DNA of 63,061 bases, counting the filler, from Rhabdomonas costata (lineage: Eukaryota), in NCBI GenBank assembly GCA_019059605.1. It is 54 parts of 54 records of this genome, joined end to end, with 100 filler letters (N's around TTAATTAATTAA, not from the genome) between each part and the next. Parts side by side here need not be neighbours in the genome. Positions count along the whole stretch, not along the records: positions 60,822 to 61,891 come from JAHMHO010030251.1; positions 61,992 to 63,061 come from JAHMHO010030252.1; 52 more parts are not named here. One strand, given 5' to 3'. Positions 61,755 to 63,061 of the stretch are shown here, piece by piece. Below the pieces are notes generated by a model. That model searched no databases. It was given only the letters and a program-made list of their open reading frames with translations, and had not been told where the DNA came from. Each line of letters starts with the position of its first letter. The first letter of the stretch is position 1. The position numbers and the translations under genes are program-made.

Positions 61755-63061
61755 CTCAAAGGGAAGAATTGGATTCAGCAGTACAACAAAAGGTATGTGG
61801 TTCCGAAAATCGAGGGGGGCGTGTAAAGAAGAACGACACCGGTATCAAGCGATTGACACCGCTCACGGGTCAATTTGGGTTACCCCACAACNNNNNNNNN
61901 NNNNNNNNNNNNNNNNNNNNNNNNNNNNNNNNNNNTTAATTAATTAANNNNNNNNNNNNNNNNNNNNNNNNNNNNNNNNNNNNNNNNNNNNTGTGTTTTT
62001 GCCCGTGGGCGAAGTGGGAATTCCATTGCTCCACTTGCTTCCATACTTTTGACATTGCGAAGTCACCGGCAGCGCCCTGCAACCTGAAAATCGTCATCCC
62101 CGATGTCTTCTGCATTTTCTTCTTTATTTTTTTTACTTTCTGAAGGGACAATCCGCAGTTCCTACTGTGGCCAGGGGCCGCCGGTTGGGTCACTGTAACT
62201 CTGACGCAAGAGCAGCCTCAGCGGCCTGATTCCCGTGGGCTTTCCCCACTGACCTACATTACGGTTGCTGTCTTGCGAGGTTTGCGTTCTGGTTTACTTC
62301 GTGTCGCGCATCCTCTTCCTGACTTCGTACGTGTTTTTTTGCACATGAAGAAAAGGGATTACCCGTTGGGTGTGTGTGTCTGTGTGTGGGCGTGTGTGGG
62401 TGTTAGAGCGGTGTGAGAGGTTGAGCTGGGAAGGAAGGAGCTGCGGAGCTGAATCAGAAAGTGAAGTTGAAGAGTTGTCTCATGAGGTTTGCAGTTTTGT
62501 TTTTCGTTTAATTTTTAAGACACTCTGGGCACATCCCGGAATTGGAATTGGTGAACTCAAGAGTCCCGCGCACCTTTCACCCATCCCTGGATATCCATGT
62601 AAAATACCTGTGATCCTGATTTTAACACAAATCACTTCCTTTGGCAAACAGCGAAGATTACCTATAAACAAAACACACAAAGTGGTAAGTGTCTTAACAT
62701 GCAGTTAGCCTTCAAAGGAAAGGCGAATCTCTCGTATGTTTACTGCCCCGACAACCCACGGCTCGGTTCTTTCTTCACCTTTCATAGGTTGCGGATTGAA
62801 AAGGGCGATTGAGTTCACAAAGGGGGTTTTGGTGGCTGAGGCACCCTGCGCCCAGGAAACAAGCGTGCAGGTCGTTGTCGTGTGTCCTTCACTGCTGGGG
62901 TCCTCCCCATGCTATCTTGGAAGGCAAAGCTTCTTTACAGTCCCATACCTTTGTGTGCATCTTTGCAATGAAAACTCTGGAGAAGCCCAAGGAGAGCTGT
63001 CCAGCAATAGGCTGTTCAGTTTCTCCGTATTTTATAAAGTTATTTTTAGCCTGCATCTCTT

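Noticed and set aside
1072-61991. Regularly spaced TTAATTAATTAA repeat as a biological or CRISPR-like array
   Set aside because: It is N-padded and identical each time, and is a standard six-frame-stop linker between size-sorted contigs.

Overview
This window is not contiguous DNA. It is about 54 unrelated ~1.07 kb contigs joined by an artificial 100-nt linker (N44-TTAATTAATTAA-N44), so neighbourhood across linkers means nothing. Most contigs start with G/T-only and end with C/A-only sequence, and several carry terminal fold-back inversions. This points to whole-genome amplification with G/T quasi-random primers. The source is an intron-rich flagellated eukaryote. A euglenozoan, probably a euglenid, is inferred from an articulin-like VPV-repeat exon, an intron-containing periplasmic-binding-protein domain of the receptor-cyclase type, bacterial-type class III cyclases, and degenerate GT/GC donors. 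Manual exon reconstruction recovers fragments of ECD/SGT1, PABPN1, CARNMT1, CFAP44, AP-3 mu, a four-exon MAP2K-like kinase, a complete MGST3-like MAPEG gene, TSPO-like, RCC1, kelch, FN3, ZZ/TRAF zinc-finger, GT77-like and SAM-methyltransferase proteins. Several of these are absent from the ORF track. Mobile DNA includes a Penelope-like RT fragment, two CRE/R2-type non-LTR fragments and dispersed non-coding repeats. The most unusual item is a retrotransposon restriction-like endonuclease apparently continuing into two tandem ubiquitin-like domains ending in LRGG (7022-8091, minus strand). A strand-polarised TTCCAGAG motif cluster (52632-53702) is unexplained. All family calls come from motif recognition by eye; no searches were run.
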